From a virus, in IMG/VR virus record IMGVR_UViG_3300027763_000026: a DNA stretch of 64,000 nucleotides; one strand, 5' to 3'. Positions 29,210 to 39,800 of this stretch are shown here, one piece after another (positions within the stretch are counted from its first letter, which is position 1; every line of letters begins with the position of its first letter). The notes under the pieces were generated by a model. The model saw only the letters and a list, made by a program, of their open reading frames with translations, had not been told where the DNA came from and did no database searches. A program made the translations under genes and the position numbers.

Positions 29210-30430
29210 TTAAAAACCATAAGTGGCAGGATTATAGTAATAATATCCTAAACCCTGTGTTGTTTTTGCTATAGTTGGTGCTGAAAAACTAAATGATAGT
29301 TCATCCCCCTCTTCGTTTTCTCCAAATTGAATTCTTATTGGATAATAAACTCCAGCAGTTAAACTTATTGGTGAAGATGCGACTTCACTAGGCCCATGTA
29401 ATCCACCATTATTTACATTAGCATTAGCTGTTGTAAAGCCAGCAAGAGCATTAGAGCCAATCCAAAGATAACTTGCATCATCTGAACTTGTGTAAAAAGT
29501 ATAATTTTCAGTTGAACTTGCTTTAAAGTATCCAAGCCATTGCCAGCTATAATAATCATCGTAACTAGTAAATCCATTTATTTCAGTTAATTGATTAACA
29601 TCTCCATGAAGAGTTGCTGTATTAAACCAATTTACGTCATCATCAAAATATGAAAGGTATCTTTTACCATATAATCCATTAGAATAATTAATAGATGTAT
29701 TAATTTTATTAATTTTAAATTTTTTGCCAATACTATTATACGTAGACACAGATGTAGCATTAACTACAAAAGTTTTTAGAGCATCAAATAAAGTAGCACT
29801 ACCAATTTGAACTGCTGGATAATTACTTATTAGGAGATAAAAAGCAGTAACAGATTGACCATTTAAATTTGAAACATCTATTGTTTCATTTCCATTCTCA
29901 TCGCCACTTTCAGTATAAGTAAAATTGATAGTTGGCTTGCTATTTGGATAATATACAATAAAACATTCTACTATAGATGGGTCGTTCTGATTGTTATCTA
30001 TGCTTTCACTAATATAAATAGAAAATTTTCTGCCTTGATAATCAAAGTCTTGTTGATATTGATATTTAGTTTCACTTCCGTCACTTCCATAATTGCCCTG
30101 AACACTTAAAGTAAAATTTGAAGTTTGTGTGGTTTTATATATAAAAGGATATGATGTATAACAAAAGGTATTTGCAGATTCAGTATCATATATTTGCGGC
30201 GCTCCATTCAAATAGACTGTATTTCCACCATCATACATATCACCTCCACCATCACCAATATCATAGCTACCACCATCATATTCATAATTATAAAAATTAG
30301 TTATGCTTGATCTTAATATAGGCAAAACAGTGTTTCTTATGTATGTTGAATCTCTTATAAATGTTTGCGCATTAATTATTTGTAATTTTTTATTATTTGA
30401 TGAATTTTTAGTGATTAGTAATTTAGGCAT
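29210..30430 (-). CDS. 406-aa protein with C-terminal PA14 carbohydrate-binding domain
   Basis: YSWQWLGYFKASSTENYTFYTSSDDASYLWIG...NNGGLHG...LTAGVYYPIRIQFGE matches the PA14 signature. Confidence 0.82.
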   Translation of the reverse strand: MPKLLITKNSSNNKKLQIINAQTFIRDSTYIRNTVLPILRSSITNFYNYEYDGGSYDIGDGGGDMYDGGNTVYLNGAPQIYDTESANTFCYTSYPFIYKTTQTSNFTLSVQGNYGSDGSETKYQYQQDFDYQGRKFSIYISESIDNNQNDPSIVECFIVYYPNSKPTINFTYTESGDENGNETIDVSNLNGQSVTAFYLLISNYPAVQIGSATLFDALKTFVVNATSVSTYNSIGKKFKINKINTSINYSNGLYGKRYLSYFDDDVNWFNTATLHGDVNQLTEINGFTSYDDYYSWQWLGYFKASSTENYTFYTSSDDASYLWIGSNALAGFTTANANVNNGGLHGPSEVASSPISLTAGVYYPIRIQFGENEEGDELSFSFSAPTIAKTTQGLGYYYYNPATYGF

Positions 30431-30440
30431 ATAATAGATA

Positions 30441-30446
30441 TTACAC
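30441..30446 (-). promoter_or_regulatory. GTGTAA motif (candidate late promoter)
   Basis: 10 nt upstream of ATG 30430. Confidence 0.65.
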
Positions 30447-30493
30447 TATATATATTTAATTAAAAATAAAGTGTTTAAATTAAAAATAATATG

Positions 30494-30790
30494 CTACTCG
30501 TAACGAATAGCATCAATCTCTTCATTTGTTGTGCAATTTAATGCGGCTGCTTTGCATGCTAAATATTTGTTTCTGCACTCATTAATCCAGTTAAGAATCT
30601 GCGCTTTCTTTTCACCATCATAGATTCCATTCGCACAATTACGTTCATCTGTTTCTGTGACTTTTGTGCGTATTAGTCTAGTAGTTTGTTCTGCCCACAC
30701 CTCTTTTCGCTCTTCAATAGCTTCGGTTAATGTTCTGGTATCCTCGACTCTTACGAGTTCACCATTTTGATAATATTCTTGGCGTGGCAT
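30494..30790 (-). CDS. 98-aa putative fibre assembly chaperone (DUF4376-like)
   Basis: Small helical protein ending AAALNCTTNEEIDAIRYE, like fibre-assembly chaperones; follows a fibre-tip-like gene. Confidence 0.45.
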   Translation of the reverse strand: MPRQEYYQNGELVRVEDTRTLTEAIEERKEVWAEQTTRLIRTKVTETDERNCANGIYDGEKKAQILNWINECRNKYLACKAAALNCTTNEEIDAIRYE

Positions 30791-30791
30791 A

Positions 30792-31436
30792 TTATTTTAA
30801 GAATACTCCAACGTATGAAGCAGCCGTATTACCGCCACCGACACCCGCATAGTCTATGGTTGTTGAAGTATAGTCAGCAGATAAATCTACATTATTACCA
30901 ATATATAAATATGGAATTCCAGCATTATTATATTGAGTTGTTGGAGTTGTTCCATCAAATCCTGCTCCAATAGATCCTAATAATCCGCCTTCTCGCCCAA
31001 CCCCATCCCAACCTCTAACATAGCAAGTATTATTGTCTGCAGTCCCTTTATTATTCATACCAAGGAAACTTATTCCTTTAGGGAGAACCCAAGTAGGAGA
31101 AAATGTTATAGTTTTTACACCTGTGGTAGTGCCGTCTATTCCTTGTGTTAAAGTGTTTGCTATTCGAGTGCTTGGGGCAAGTTGATTTGGTCTACAATTA
31201 TATATTGCAAGTTGAATTAATGGGGTTCCTGTACTTGTTGCTGCAGTTGTTACTTCAATTTTAAGAGTTGTTATTACTCTTGCGGTGTTTGTGTAAATTG
31301 GTGTGAAAGAGACATAAGTACTAACGAGAAATAATCCATTTGCATTAGATCCATACGCGGCCATAGGGCCGACACATCTAGTTGAAGGAACTGTTAGATC
31401 GCCAAAAAGTTTATCTTTAGCTTGGAAAAGTGCCAT
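30792..31436 (-). CDS. 214-aa putative fibre tip / beta-sandwich protein
   Basis: FTPIY...LKIEVTT...IQLAIYN...LPKG..FLG pattern, similar to the C-terminus of the 335-aa ORF. Confidence 0.45.
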   Translation of the reverse strand: MALFQAKDKLFGDLTVPSTRCVGPMAAYGSNANGLFLVSTYVSFTPIYTNTARVITTLKIEVTTAATSTGTPLIQLAIYNCRPNQLAPSTRIANTLTQGIDGTTTGVKTITFSPTWVLPKGISFLGMNNKGTADNNTCYVRGWDGVGREGGLLGSIGAGFDGTTPTTQYNNAGIPYLYIGNNVDLSADYTSTTIDYAGVGGGNTAASYVGVFLK

Positions 31437-31445
31437 GGCGTTATC

Positions 31446-31757
31446 CTAGTTTACTTCAGTCACTCTAGCTGTACCAGCTACTGCAAATATGGCCGTATGA
31501 ATAAGAGTAGTTTGATTTACTGGACATTCCCAGTAGTCCCCTGCTGATAAGCGTACCTGATAAACCCCTGTGGTGCATGTTCCTCCAGCTGAAATATGTA
31601 AATTTCCAGCCCCTTCATTGAATACTGTTAAAACTTCTCTATTTAAGTCAGCTGCAACAAGGGTAGCAGAACCTGTATTAGTGAAATTACTAGATATGAC
31701 TCTTGATCCTTGAACAGCAAAAGCGTTAACTGTGGAGACTGGATTGTTTGATATCAT
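31446..31757 (-). CDS. 103-aa small beta protein
   Basis: NREVLTVFNEGAGNLHI parallels NSRLGWGITNYGTGNIYL in the 284-aa ORF; upstream GTGTAA. Confidence 0.6.
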   Translation of the reverse strand: MISNNPVSTVNAFAVQGSRVISSNFTNTGSATLVAADLNREVLTVFNEGAGNLHISAGGTCTTGVYQVRLSAGDYWECPVNQTTLIHTAIFAVAGTARVTEVN

Positions 31758-31768
31758 ATATATTTTTA

Positions 31769-31774
31769 TTACAC
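31769..31774 (-). promoter_or_regulatory. GTGTAA motif (candidate late promoter)
   Basis: 11 nt upstream of ATG 31757. Confidence 0.65.
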
Positions 31775-31781
31775 TTTTTTA

Positions 31782-32612
31782 TTATGGTAATCCCAAACCT
31801 TCGCCCAGTGTAGATTTATAGAGATTCTGTATTTGTAATAATTGAGATTGAGTTAATGGTATTCCAGAAAACCATGCTTGAAATGAAGCGATTTCATTTC
31901 TTATTGAACCTTGAAAACCAAACAACCAATAAAGATTTGAACCAAAAGTATAAGGCAAAGTGCCAGAACCAGAAGAAGTTGTATTTCTTGTGAAATTAAG
32001 TTGCACAAAACCAGTAGAATTAACAGGATCTGATAAATCTGAAACTCCTGCAGATGCATAATAAAAACCTATACCAACATTAGTAACATTTTGATTTCCT
32101 TTTTGTCGTGTGCCGCCTGTTAAACCAGTAAAATTTATTACTCCATTTCCAGTTGGTCCATATATGGCATGATTGACTCCTCTGGTTGGATTTGATGATA
32201 AATATTGAAATAAACCAAACAAGTGAGAATTGTTATTACTTGCTATTGTTGAAAGAATAGAAAGAGAAGTAAAATTACCAGCATTAATTGAAGCGCCGCT
32301 AAGTGATATATATTGATTTGGATCATTTAAAATAATTCCACTGGCACCCCAAGTTGGATTACTTATTAATGTACCATTTAATATACCAAAACCACCAAGT
32401 GAATAGGCTATTGTTCCACTTCCAGCATTTTGATTTGCTTTTAACGGCCAGCAAATCATATTATACCATAAACCCATTTTTTTAATTGAAATTACAAATT
32501 GATTTAATTGTCTTAAACTTTGCATGCTTAGACTTTGATTGCCGCCAGCTACTATTCTAGCGTTATAAGCTAATACATCAAGATCAATGCCATATGTTCT
32601 ATTAGTTATCAT
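31782..32612 (-). CDS. Paralog 5 of tandem LamG/ConA-like array (276 aa)
   Basis: Shared N-terminal D.D...Y..R / NAGSG motifs and C-terminal KSTLGEGLGLP. Confidence 0.7.
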   Translation of the reverse strand: MITNRTYGIDLDVLAYNARIVAGGNQSLSMQSLRQLNQFVISIKKMGLWYNMICWPLKANQNAGSGTIAYSLGGFGILNGTLISNPTWGASGIILNDPNQYISLSGASINAGNFTSLSILSTIASNNNSHLFGLFQYLSSNPTRGVNHAIYGPTGNGVINFTGLTGGTRQKGNQNVTNVGIGFYYASAGVSDLSDPVNSTGFVQLNFTRNTTSSGSGTLPYTFGSNLYWLFGFQGSIRNEIASFQAWFSGIPLTQSQLLQIQNLYKSTLGEGLGLP

Positions 32613-33469
32613 GGTAGAGCTATTCCTTTGCCAATTGTATTTTTAAATAAACTTTCAAAACTTGCAAAATTAACGTCAATATCAAAAAAACAATTAAAAA
32701 TTTGAGTTCCTTGGAAACCTACTCCATAATTTCCATTTACGCCTTGCGTAAGAGGACTCCCATAATTATTTATTCTACCATTAAAAACAAATCCATTATA
32801 AATTAATGGCTTTTCAAGATTTGTTCCTGTAGCAGATGTAGTAGTTGAACTTGAATTTCTACTTTCTACTTTTATTTGAGAAGGATTAAAAGATCCTTTA
32901 ATTATCTTATACAATGTATTACCTTGTATATTTAAAGCGCTGCTATTATCATTAAAGCTTGATGACCAAGTATTTCCATTCTGTCCATAAGATAATATAG
33001 AAAAACTAGCGCCAGATTCTGCTGGTCTATAACCATTTAAATTTGTTAAAGAAAATACATATGGATAACCACTTGTAAAATTCTCCATAGGAGAGTTGCT
33101 CATAAAAATAGAAAAAATACTACAATTATTTAATGTATTTGTTTTTAAATTCCCAGTTATATAATTAGAAAGAGAATTTGTGGCATTTGGTGTACATATT
33201 AATCCTCTATCATTCCAAACTGCTGTTGAGATACTATTGATTGTACCATTATTAAAACTATCTCTAAAAGAATAAAGAATATTACCACTTCCTGCGTTGT
33301 GATTTTTTCTAAAAAACCAAGCTTCTATCATATTGCCATAAATACCAAGATCTTTTAATCCTCTAATAAATTGATCTACAGAATATATATCAGAAGGAGT
33401 TGTAATGCCATTGTAATTAAGGCGCTTTATGTATTTTTTTGTATCGTTGTCTAATTGATAAAATCTCAT
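32609..33469 (-). CDS. Paralog 4 of tandem LamG/ConA-like array (286 aa)
   Basis: MRFYQLDND...NAGSG...KNTIGKGIALP; ATGA overlaps. Confidence 0.7.
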   Translation of the reverse strand: MRFYQLDNDTKKYIKRLNYNGITTPSDIYSVDQFIRGLKDLGIYGNMIEAWFFRKNHNAGSGNILYSFRDSFNNGTINSISTAVWNDRGLICTPNATNSLSNYITGNLKTNTLNNCSIFSIFMSNSPMENFTSGYPYVFSLTNLNGYRPAESGASFSILSYGQNGNTWSSSFNDNSSALNIQGNTLYKIIKGSFNPSQIKVESRNSSSTTTSATGTNLEKPLIYNGFVFNGRINNYGSPLTQGVNGNYGVGFQGTQIFNCFFDIDVNFASFESLFKNTIGKGIALP

Positions 33470-34266
33470 GGTATGTTTAACATCTTTCCGCTAGTGACTT
33501 TAATTAAATTATAAATACTTGTAACTTCAGAATCAGAAAGGTTTCTATCAAAAAAAAGAGCAGAATGAAGAATTGCACTACTTGGCGACTCATTACCTTT
33601 TATTCTATAAAATGCTCTAGTTGTATTAAAACCATCATCTACTGTAGCATATGAACTTCCTGTAAGAAAAGCGTTATTAAAAGCATATCTTAATGGACCT
33701 CTTTTATCTGGCATCACAAAAGATGCAAAATTAAATCTTAAATTTTTAGCATTACCTGCAGTTTGACTAGAAGAAATAATACCTGTCCAATTTTTTCCGT
33801 AGGAGACATAACTCAATCTACTATCTGATAAACTAGTGCTCAATAGAGCAAATTGATTTCCATTAGTACCAGGTCCTGCTGTATAAAAGATTGTTGGAGC
33901 TATTACATTAACTTCAGCATTTGATCTAAATATACATATAAAAGTACATGGCGCAAAAGGCATTAAAAAGTTTGTGTTTATAACGCTACTTGATCCATTG
34001 GTTAGTTCTATTCCATCTGTTCTTCTATTATGACCCCCAGAAATAGTTCCATTATTTAAATTATTTCTAAAACTATAAACTGTTCCACTTCCAGCATTCT
34101 GTAAATTAGAATAAAAATAAGCTTCAGTAAAGTCTTGTAAATTTAAATCCTTTAATCCAACAATAAAATCATTAACAGAATAAATATCAGCTGGAGTTTT
34201 AATTCCATCAACGGCCATTCTTTTTAAATAGGCTTTTGTGTCTCTGTCTAGTTTATAATATTTCAT
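33466..34266 (-). CDS. Paralog 3 of tandem LamG/ConA-like array (266 aa)
   Basis: MKYYKLDRD...NAGSG...FDRNLSDSEVTSIYNLIK, a LamG-like terminus. Confidence 0.7.
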   Translation of the reverse strand: MKYYKLDRDTKAYLKRMAVDGIKTPADIYSVNDFIVGLKDLNLQDFTEAYFYSNLQNAGSGTVYSFRNNLNNGTISGGHNRRTDGIELTNGSSSVINTNFLMPFAPCTFICIFRSNAEVNVIAPTIFYTAGPGTNGNQFALLSTSLSDSRLSYVSYGKNWTGIISSSQTAGNAKNLRFNFASFVMPDKRGPLRYAFNNAFLTGSSYATVDDGFNTTRAFYRIKGNESPSSAILHSALFFDRNLSDSEVTSIYNLIKVTSGKMLNIP

Positions 34267-35120
34267 ATCACAACACCTTTTCCTATAGTAGATTTAACTA
34301 TATTATAAAAAATAACATGCTCTGCTGCGGTTAAAGCCCTTTTGTGTAAAAATGTGGCGCTATTTTTTAATCCAGTAAATACACTTCCATAATTTTTAAA
34401 AGCAGCGCTAGTTCTATCATTAGTCGTAGCTGCGTTAGTAAGAAAATCATTTAATTTTGGGCTACCAGAATTATTTGTATAAATAGTTTTTGAGGTACCA
34501 TTTCTATACATTAATTTTGTATAAGAACCAAAACATTCTTGAGAAAAAGTTAACATATGGTAATTACTAGAAATCATATTTGGAAATTCTCTTATTTCTG
34601 CCGCCGCAATTGCAGAGCCTTCTTGCAAATCAATTGTTATATTGTGGCTAGTTGCATCAAAATAGATTCTACTCTGAACGGGTGAACGATCTGGACCAGT
34701 AGATATTTCTGCATTGGTAAATCCTACAATTCCAAAATATGCTGTGCTAGCAGTTTTAGAGAGAAATGCTGGTATATACGATATTGTATATCCATCTCCT
34801 AATGTTAAATTACTAAAATTATAAAAAAATGCTGCGGAATTAGCTGAACTAAAATTCATTCCTGAACTTTCCCAAGTTGGTCCATTTGTTAATGTCGCAT
34901 TAAATAAATTATTTTTTAAACTATATAATGTCGTTCCACCCCCAGCATTATGAATACTTCTCATAAGCCAACAGTCAACAAGATCTATCCATAATCCATA
35001 AATTTTTAATGCTTTTACAAAATCACTAACACTATTAATATCAGTTGGACATTTATATCCAGCATCTACTATGCGCTTTGCATAATTTTTAACATCAATA
35101 TCAAGATCGTAAAATCTCAT
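34263..35120 (-). CDS. Paralog 2 of tandem LamG/ConA-like array (285 aa)
   Basis: MRFYDLDID...NAGGG...ATLTNGPTW...KRALTAAE...KSTIGKG. Confidence 0.72.
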   Translation of the reverse strand: MRFYDLDIDVKNYAKRIVDAGYKCPTDINSVSDFVKALKIYGLWIDLVDCWLMRSIHNAGGGTTLYSLKNNLFNATLTNGPTWESSGMNFSSANSAAFFYNFSNLTLGDGYTISYIPAFLSKTASTAYFGIVGFTNAEISTGPDRSPVQSRIYFDATSHNITIDLQEGSAIAAAEIREFPNMISSNYHMLTFSQECFGSYTKLMYRNGTSKTIYTNNSGSPKLNDFLTNAATTNDRTSAAFKNYGSVFTGLKNSATFLHKRALTAAEHVIFYNIVKSTIGKGVVI

Positions 35121-35938
35121 GGTAAATTTAATCCTTTCCCAATTGTGCTTTTAACTATACTATAAACTGCGCTTACATTTGCTGCTGAAAGATAATCATT
35201 AAAAATAAAACAATGAGAAAAAGTACCTTGATATCCGCCAGCATATCTACCAAAAGTTAAAGAAGCGTTTGTAGTATTATTAGGTAATTGTTGATATCCT
35301 TGGCTTGTGTCCCCTGCTGATGCTGCTCCATTGCTTGCTATTGATGTTGCATTTCTATAACCAATAGTTCTTTTTCCTACTCCACCAGTACTATTCCACA
35401 TATTAAAACCTGTGTTTGTATTATCGCTAGTACTTGAATAAGATCCATCTGCACCTCCATATCTATATTCACCGCCATAACTTGTTCTTGGGTTAACCCA
35501 AATAAAAATATATATTGGACTTTCAGTATTAGCAACTAACATATTACCCAAACTACCACTAATAGGACAAGTTCCTATACAAAATGCACTAATTTGTTTT
35601 TGAGCAACTAATTTTTTCCAATTTTCATTAGAGTTGCAAATAATATAATCATTTGATCCATCAAATATTATTCCAGCTGGACTCCAAAGTGGACCATTTA
35701 CCATTGTAGCAATATTATTAATATCTTTTAAAGGATACACAATAGTTCCAGATCCAATATTATGAACGCTTCTAAAAAACCAAGCTTCAGAGAGCGAATT
35801 CCACAAATTGTTTTGTTTTAATCTTCTTATAAAATCACTAACACTACCTATATCAGACGGAATTCTTCCGCCAGCTTTTACAATATTGTTTGCGTAAGCT
35901 TTTGCATCAACATCAATATCATAGTATCTTTTATACAT
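35117..35938 (-). CDS. Paralog 1 of tandem LamG/ConA-like array (273 aa; start revised to ATG 35938)
   Basis: MYKRYYDIDVD aligns with the paralog N-termini and overlaps the upstream stop (TAATG); ATMVNGPLW...FDGSNDYI is typical LamG. Confidence 0.72.
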   Translation of the reverse strand: MYKRYYDIDVDAKAYANNIVKAGGRIPSDIGSVSDFIRRLKQNNLWNSLSEAWFFRSVHNIGSGTIVYPLKDINNIATMVNGPLWSPAGIIFDGSNDYIICNSNENWKKLVAQKQISAFCIGTCPISGSLGNMLVANTESPIYIFIWVNPRTSYGGEYRYGGADGSYSSTSDNTNTGFNMWNSTGGVGKRTIGYRNATSIASNGAASAGDTSQGYQQLPNNTTNASLTFGRYAGGYQGTFSHCFIFNDYLSAANVSAVYSIVKSTIGKGLNLP

Positions 35939-36792
35939 TAAACTAGTTCCCAAGAAATATATTTAATATTAACATTAGGATATTGAGCAACACTAACTGG
36001 ACCATTATACTTTGGAGTAAAATCAATAAAGCTTCCGCCATTATTATCAAATTCAGTATTTCCACCTTTTAATACAATATTAAAACTACTACCAGTTATA
36101 ACAGATCCAGTTACGCCAAAACTAACGCCAGTTGTTACTGTTGCTCCTGCGCCAAATTTGAGATAAATATTTCCTGTGCCATAATTAGTAATGCCCCAAC
36201 CTAATCTACTGTTATTGCCACTTAGTATTGTGCCAACTCCAGTTTGAATAGAATAATTACTAGCATAACCACCAACTGGAGGAAATGCTGTGACACTATC
36301 AATATCTTTATCAAGATCTGCTTGAAGAGTTAGTGCGCCACCGCCTTGGGAATCAATGTTTAATACTGCATTTGCATTTCTGCCATATTGAGGGAAAAAT
36401 CCAGAAGCCACATCAACTGCTCGTCCTCCAACAGACTGATAATCAAATCTTATTCCACTTGAATACAACCCAGTGCTTGTTCCAGACCCAGTTATATATC
36501 CAGTTAGATAACCACTTGCAAAATCAATATCTTCTGTAGGAGCATCATAAAATATCTGAAGTCTATCAGCATTAGCCATTGATGTTGTGTTATAACCAAG
36601 TAAAAATCCACTAGTAGAATTAACCGCTCCAGTTGCGGCTGTATCTGCAAAATTATAAATTATTTGGCCTTTACTTACATTTGTTATTAATAGTAAATTA
36701 TCAAGAATTACTGGATTAGTTGGGCCGTATTCAGTAAAATTAACTACTCTGCTACTTGCTAAGAACTGGTATCCTGTTATAAGTTTTTTCAT
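35938..36792 (-). CDS. 284-aa fibre-associated structural protein
   Basis: N-terminus MKKLITGYQF...LLLITNVSKGQIIYNFAD; C-terminal small beta domain; upstream GTGTAA. Confidence 0.5.
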   Translation of the reverse strand: MKKLITGYQFLASSRVVNFTEYGPTNPVILDNLLLITNVSKGQIIYNFADTAATGAVNSTSGFLLGYNTTSMANADRLQIFYDAPTEDIDFASGYLTGYITGSGTSTGLYSSGIRFDYQSVGGRAVDVASGFFPQYGRNANAVLNIDSQGGGALTLQADLDKDIDSVTAFPPVGGYASNYSIQTGVGTILSGNNSRLGWGITNYGTGNIYLKFGAGATVTTGVSFGVTGSVITGSSFNIVLKGGNTEFDNNGGSFIDFTPKYNGPVSVAQYPNVNIKYISWELV

Positions 36793-36807
36793 ATATGTTT
36801 AAATAGA

Positions 36808-36813
36808 TTACAC
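36808..36813 (-). promoter_or_regulatory. GTGTAA motif (candidate late promoter)
   Basis: 15 nt upstream of ATG 36792. Confidence 0.65.
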
Positions 36814-36821
36814 CTTTTATA

Positions 36822-39800
36822 TTATAGGGCTATAGCATATGCTAATGCTAATTTTTTTGAGTTCTCAATTTGAGAGTAAATATCATAATTGCCACTAATA
36901 TTAAGAAATGAAAATATTCCGGTTCCATTTGCTACTGTTAAATTCATACCAGAAACGGTCATTTCATCTACAAATATAGATGTATCAAAAAAAGTACCAG
37001 TTCCAGAAACGCTAATGTTATTTATAAATGTTTTATTACCAGAAATAGTTTGATCACCAAATCTTAAAACTGAAACCCCACTTAAATTATTGATTTTTGT
37101 ATCAAGAGTAGAGCCTGTACTTGCAAGGTTAGTAATGGTAGAATAATTTGAAGTTAATGTTCCGCTCAACGAACCAATACTATTAACTAATGTAGAGCCA
37201 GTACTAGCAAGATTAGTGATTGTGGCATAGGAATTGCTAAGATTATTTATATTTGTTTGAAGTGTTGATCCAGTGCTTGCTAGATTAGTTATAGTTGCAT
37301 AAGTGCTAGAAGCAGATGAAGTCGTAAGATAATTCCCAGTTAATGTACCACTCAATGAATTTATATTAGAATTCAAAGTAGAACCAGTAGAAACTAAATT
37401 AGCTGAAGTAGCATAAAGAGCTGGAGTTACTTGTACGCCACTTACTTGTAGTCCCATTCCATTTTGAAAATTAACATTATTATTATCTATTGAAACAGCA
37501 AGTCTTTGAGATGGACTGCCAAAAAAATCGCCTCTTCGATATATGTTTATATTTTTTGATGATAACGCTGTTCCACCATCTGATGTGCCATTAATATTTA
37601 TATCACCAAACATATTAATTTTACCGTTGTAACTTGTAGATACTCCTGCTTCAAGAACAATATTTCCAGCGGCTCCATTCTGATCAATTGAAGGTTTTAT
37701 AGTTATATCTGCAGTAGCACTAGTCTTTGCGCCGCCAATAGTAATACTTGCACCAGTTTTTAATATATTTGGTGCAACTCCACTCAAACTACCACCCATT
37801 AAAATGAGATCACTCGCATTAATGCTTGATGCGCCCACGCCTGAACCTGCTATAATATTTAAAGTTGAGCCAAAAATACCAGAAATATACGAAGTACTTA
37901 ATCCATTATTAAAAGTTTTAAGTCCAGATATTATTTGATTTCCAGTTGTAAATACTATATTACTAGATGAGGAATTTATATAACCACTGAGATTATTTAT
38001 ATTAGTTTGTAATGTTGCGCCAGTAGCAGCAAGGTTAGTAGCTAAAGTACTACCAGTACTGGCAAGATTTGAGATAGTGGCATAAGTAGATGTTAAAGTA
38101 CCACTTAATGAACTAATACTAGAGTTTAAAGTTGATCCAGTACTAGCTAAATTCGTAACTAATGTAGTTCCAGTCAAAGCGACATTCGAAATGGTAGCGT
38201 AAGTGTTGCTTAAGTTATCGATGTTCGTTTGCAAGGTCGAGCCAGTACTCGCAAGATTAGCTGAAGTAGCATAAAGAGCTGGAGTTACAGCAACACCACT
38301 AATTCTAAATCCAAAATTATTAGATGGACTTGATACTGGTGGATTATTTATCGAAATATTATCATTATCGATAGTAATTGCACTATAAATTCCAGGAAGT
38401 CCTATACTACTTATGCCTGTTCTATAAATGTTAATTGATTTAGCAACACGAGGAGAACTAATATTATTAATGTCTATATTGCCAATCGCACTAATTGTTC
38501 CATATATTGATGCGCTAGTAAATGGTGCCATGCCTGTCCCTGCGGTTAAATTAATATTATTTGCTAGCGCAGAGCCAAATCCTGGAACTGCTGTACCAGA
38601 AGTAAAAGCGCTTATATTTATATTTTGACTTGGAGGACCAAAAATATCAGTAACACCAGTTAATATTGTGTTTCTTAATATACCAGAATTTGTGGCTTGA
38701 GAACCTATAATTAAATTATTATTTTGCCAACCAAAAACTCCAAATTCACCAGAATTTGTGCCAGTTCTATTAAAAACTCTTAAGCTTTGAGGATTTCCAC
38801 TATTAATTATATCTATGCCAGTTGCAAAACTTTTTATTCCAGATATAGTTTGATTTCCAGTTGTATAAACAATATTACTGCTTGAAGAATTTATGTAGCC
38901 ACTAAGATTATTTATTTTAACATCAAGAGTAGATCCAGTAGTGGCGAGATTAGTAATAGTAGCGTAAGTAGAAGTCAATGTTCCGCTTAATGAGCTGATA
39001 CTAGCAACAAGAGTCGATCCAGTATTCGCGAGTTGAATATCGCTAGCGAAAGTCGTATCAAGATTTCCTGTAAATCCAGTGAACAATCCACTTAAGGAAA
39101 CGATATTGTTATTTAAAGTTGAACCAGTACTTGCGAGATTTGTTACAGTAGCATATGGAGTTAAATCAACTCCAGTTAGTACTGCGTTGCCATTAACAAA
39201 AAGTCCACTAGTAAAATTACCACTTCCATAAACTGTGAAATTATTACCAGAAATAACCAAAAAGTCACCTTGCGCCGAGTCGCCAAATGTTGTGTCTTGA
39301 GCAAAACTTTTGACTCCAGAAATAGTTTGATTTCCTGTTGTAAAAACAATATTACTAGATGTTGAATTTATATAACCACTTAGATTATTTATTTTTGTAT
39401 CAAGAGTCAATCCAGTACTTGCAAGATTAGTAACTAAAGTACTTCCAGTTAAACCGAGATTTGTTATGGTAGCATAAGTGTTGCTAAGATTATTTATATT
39501 TGTTTGGAGAGTTGAACCTGTGCTGGCTAGATTTGTAGATAGTGTGCTTCCAGTTGAAGCAAGATTTATTATGGTTGAGTACTTGCCATCAACAAAACCA
39601 CTATAAGTAGTAATATCTTGAACTGATGCTATATCAGGTAAAGTTGAAAGGTCGCTATTTCTGGTACTAACTCCAAATTTAAATTTATTGCTATGATCAA
39701 ATCCTATAATTGGACCACTATCATTTATTCCAGTTAATCCACTTCCAGTAACAAAGAATATTCCACCATCAACTGCTCCACCAGTAAGATTTAAAAGTAG

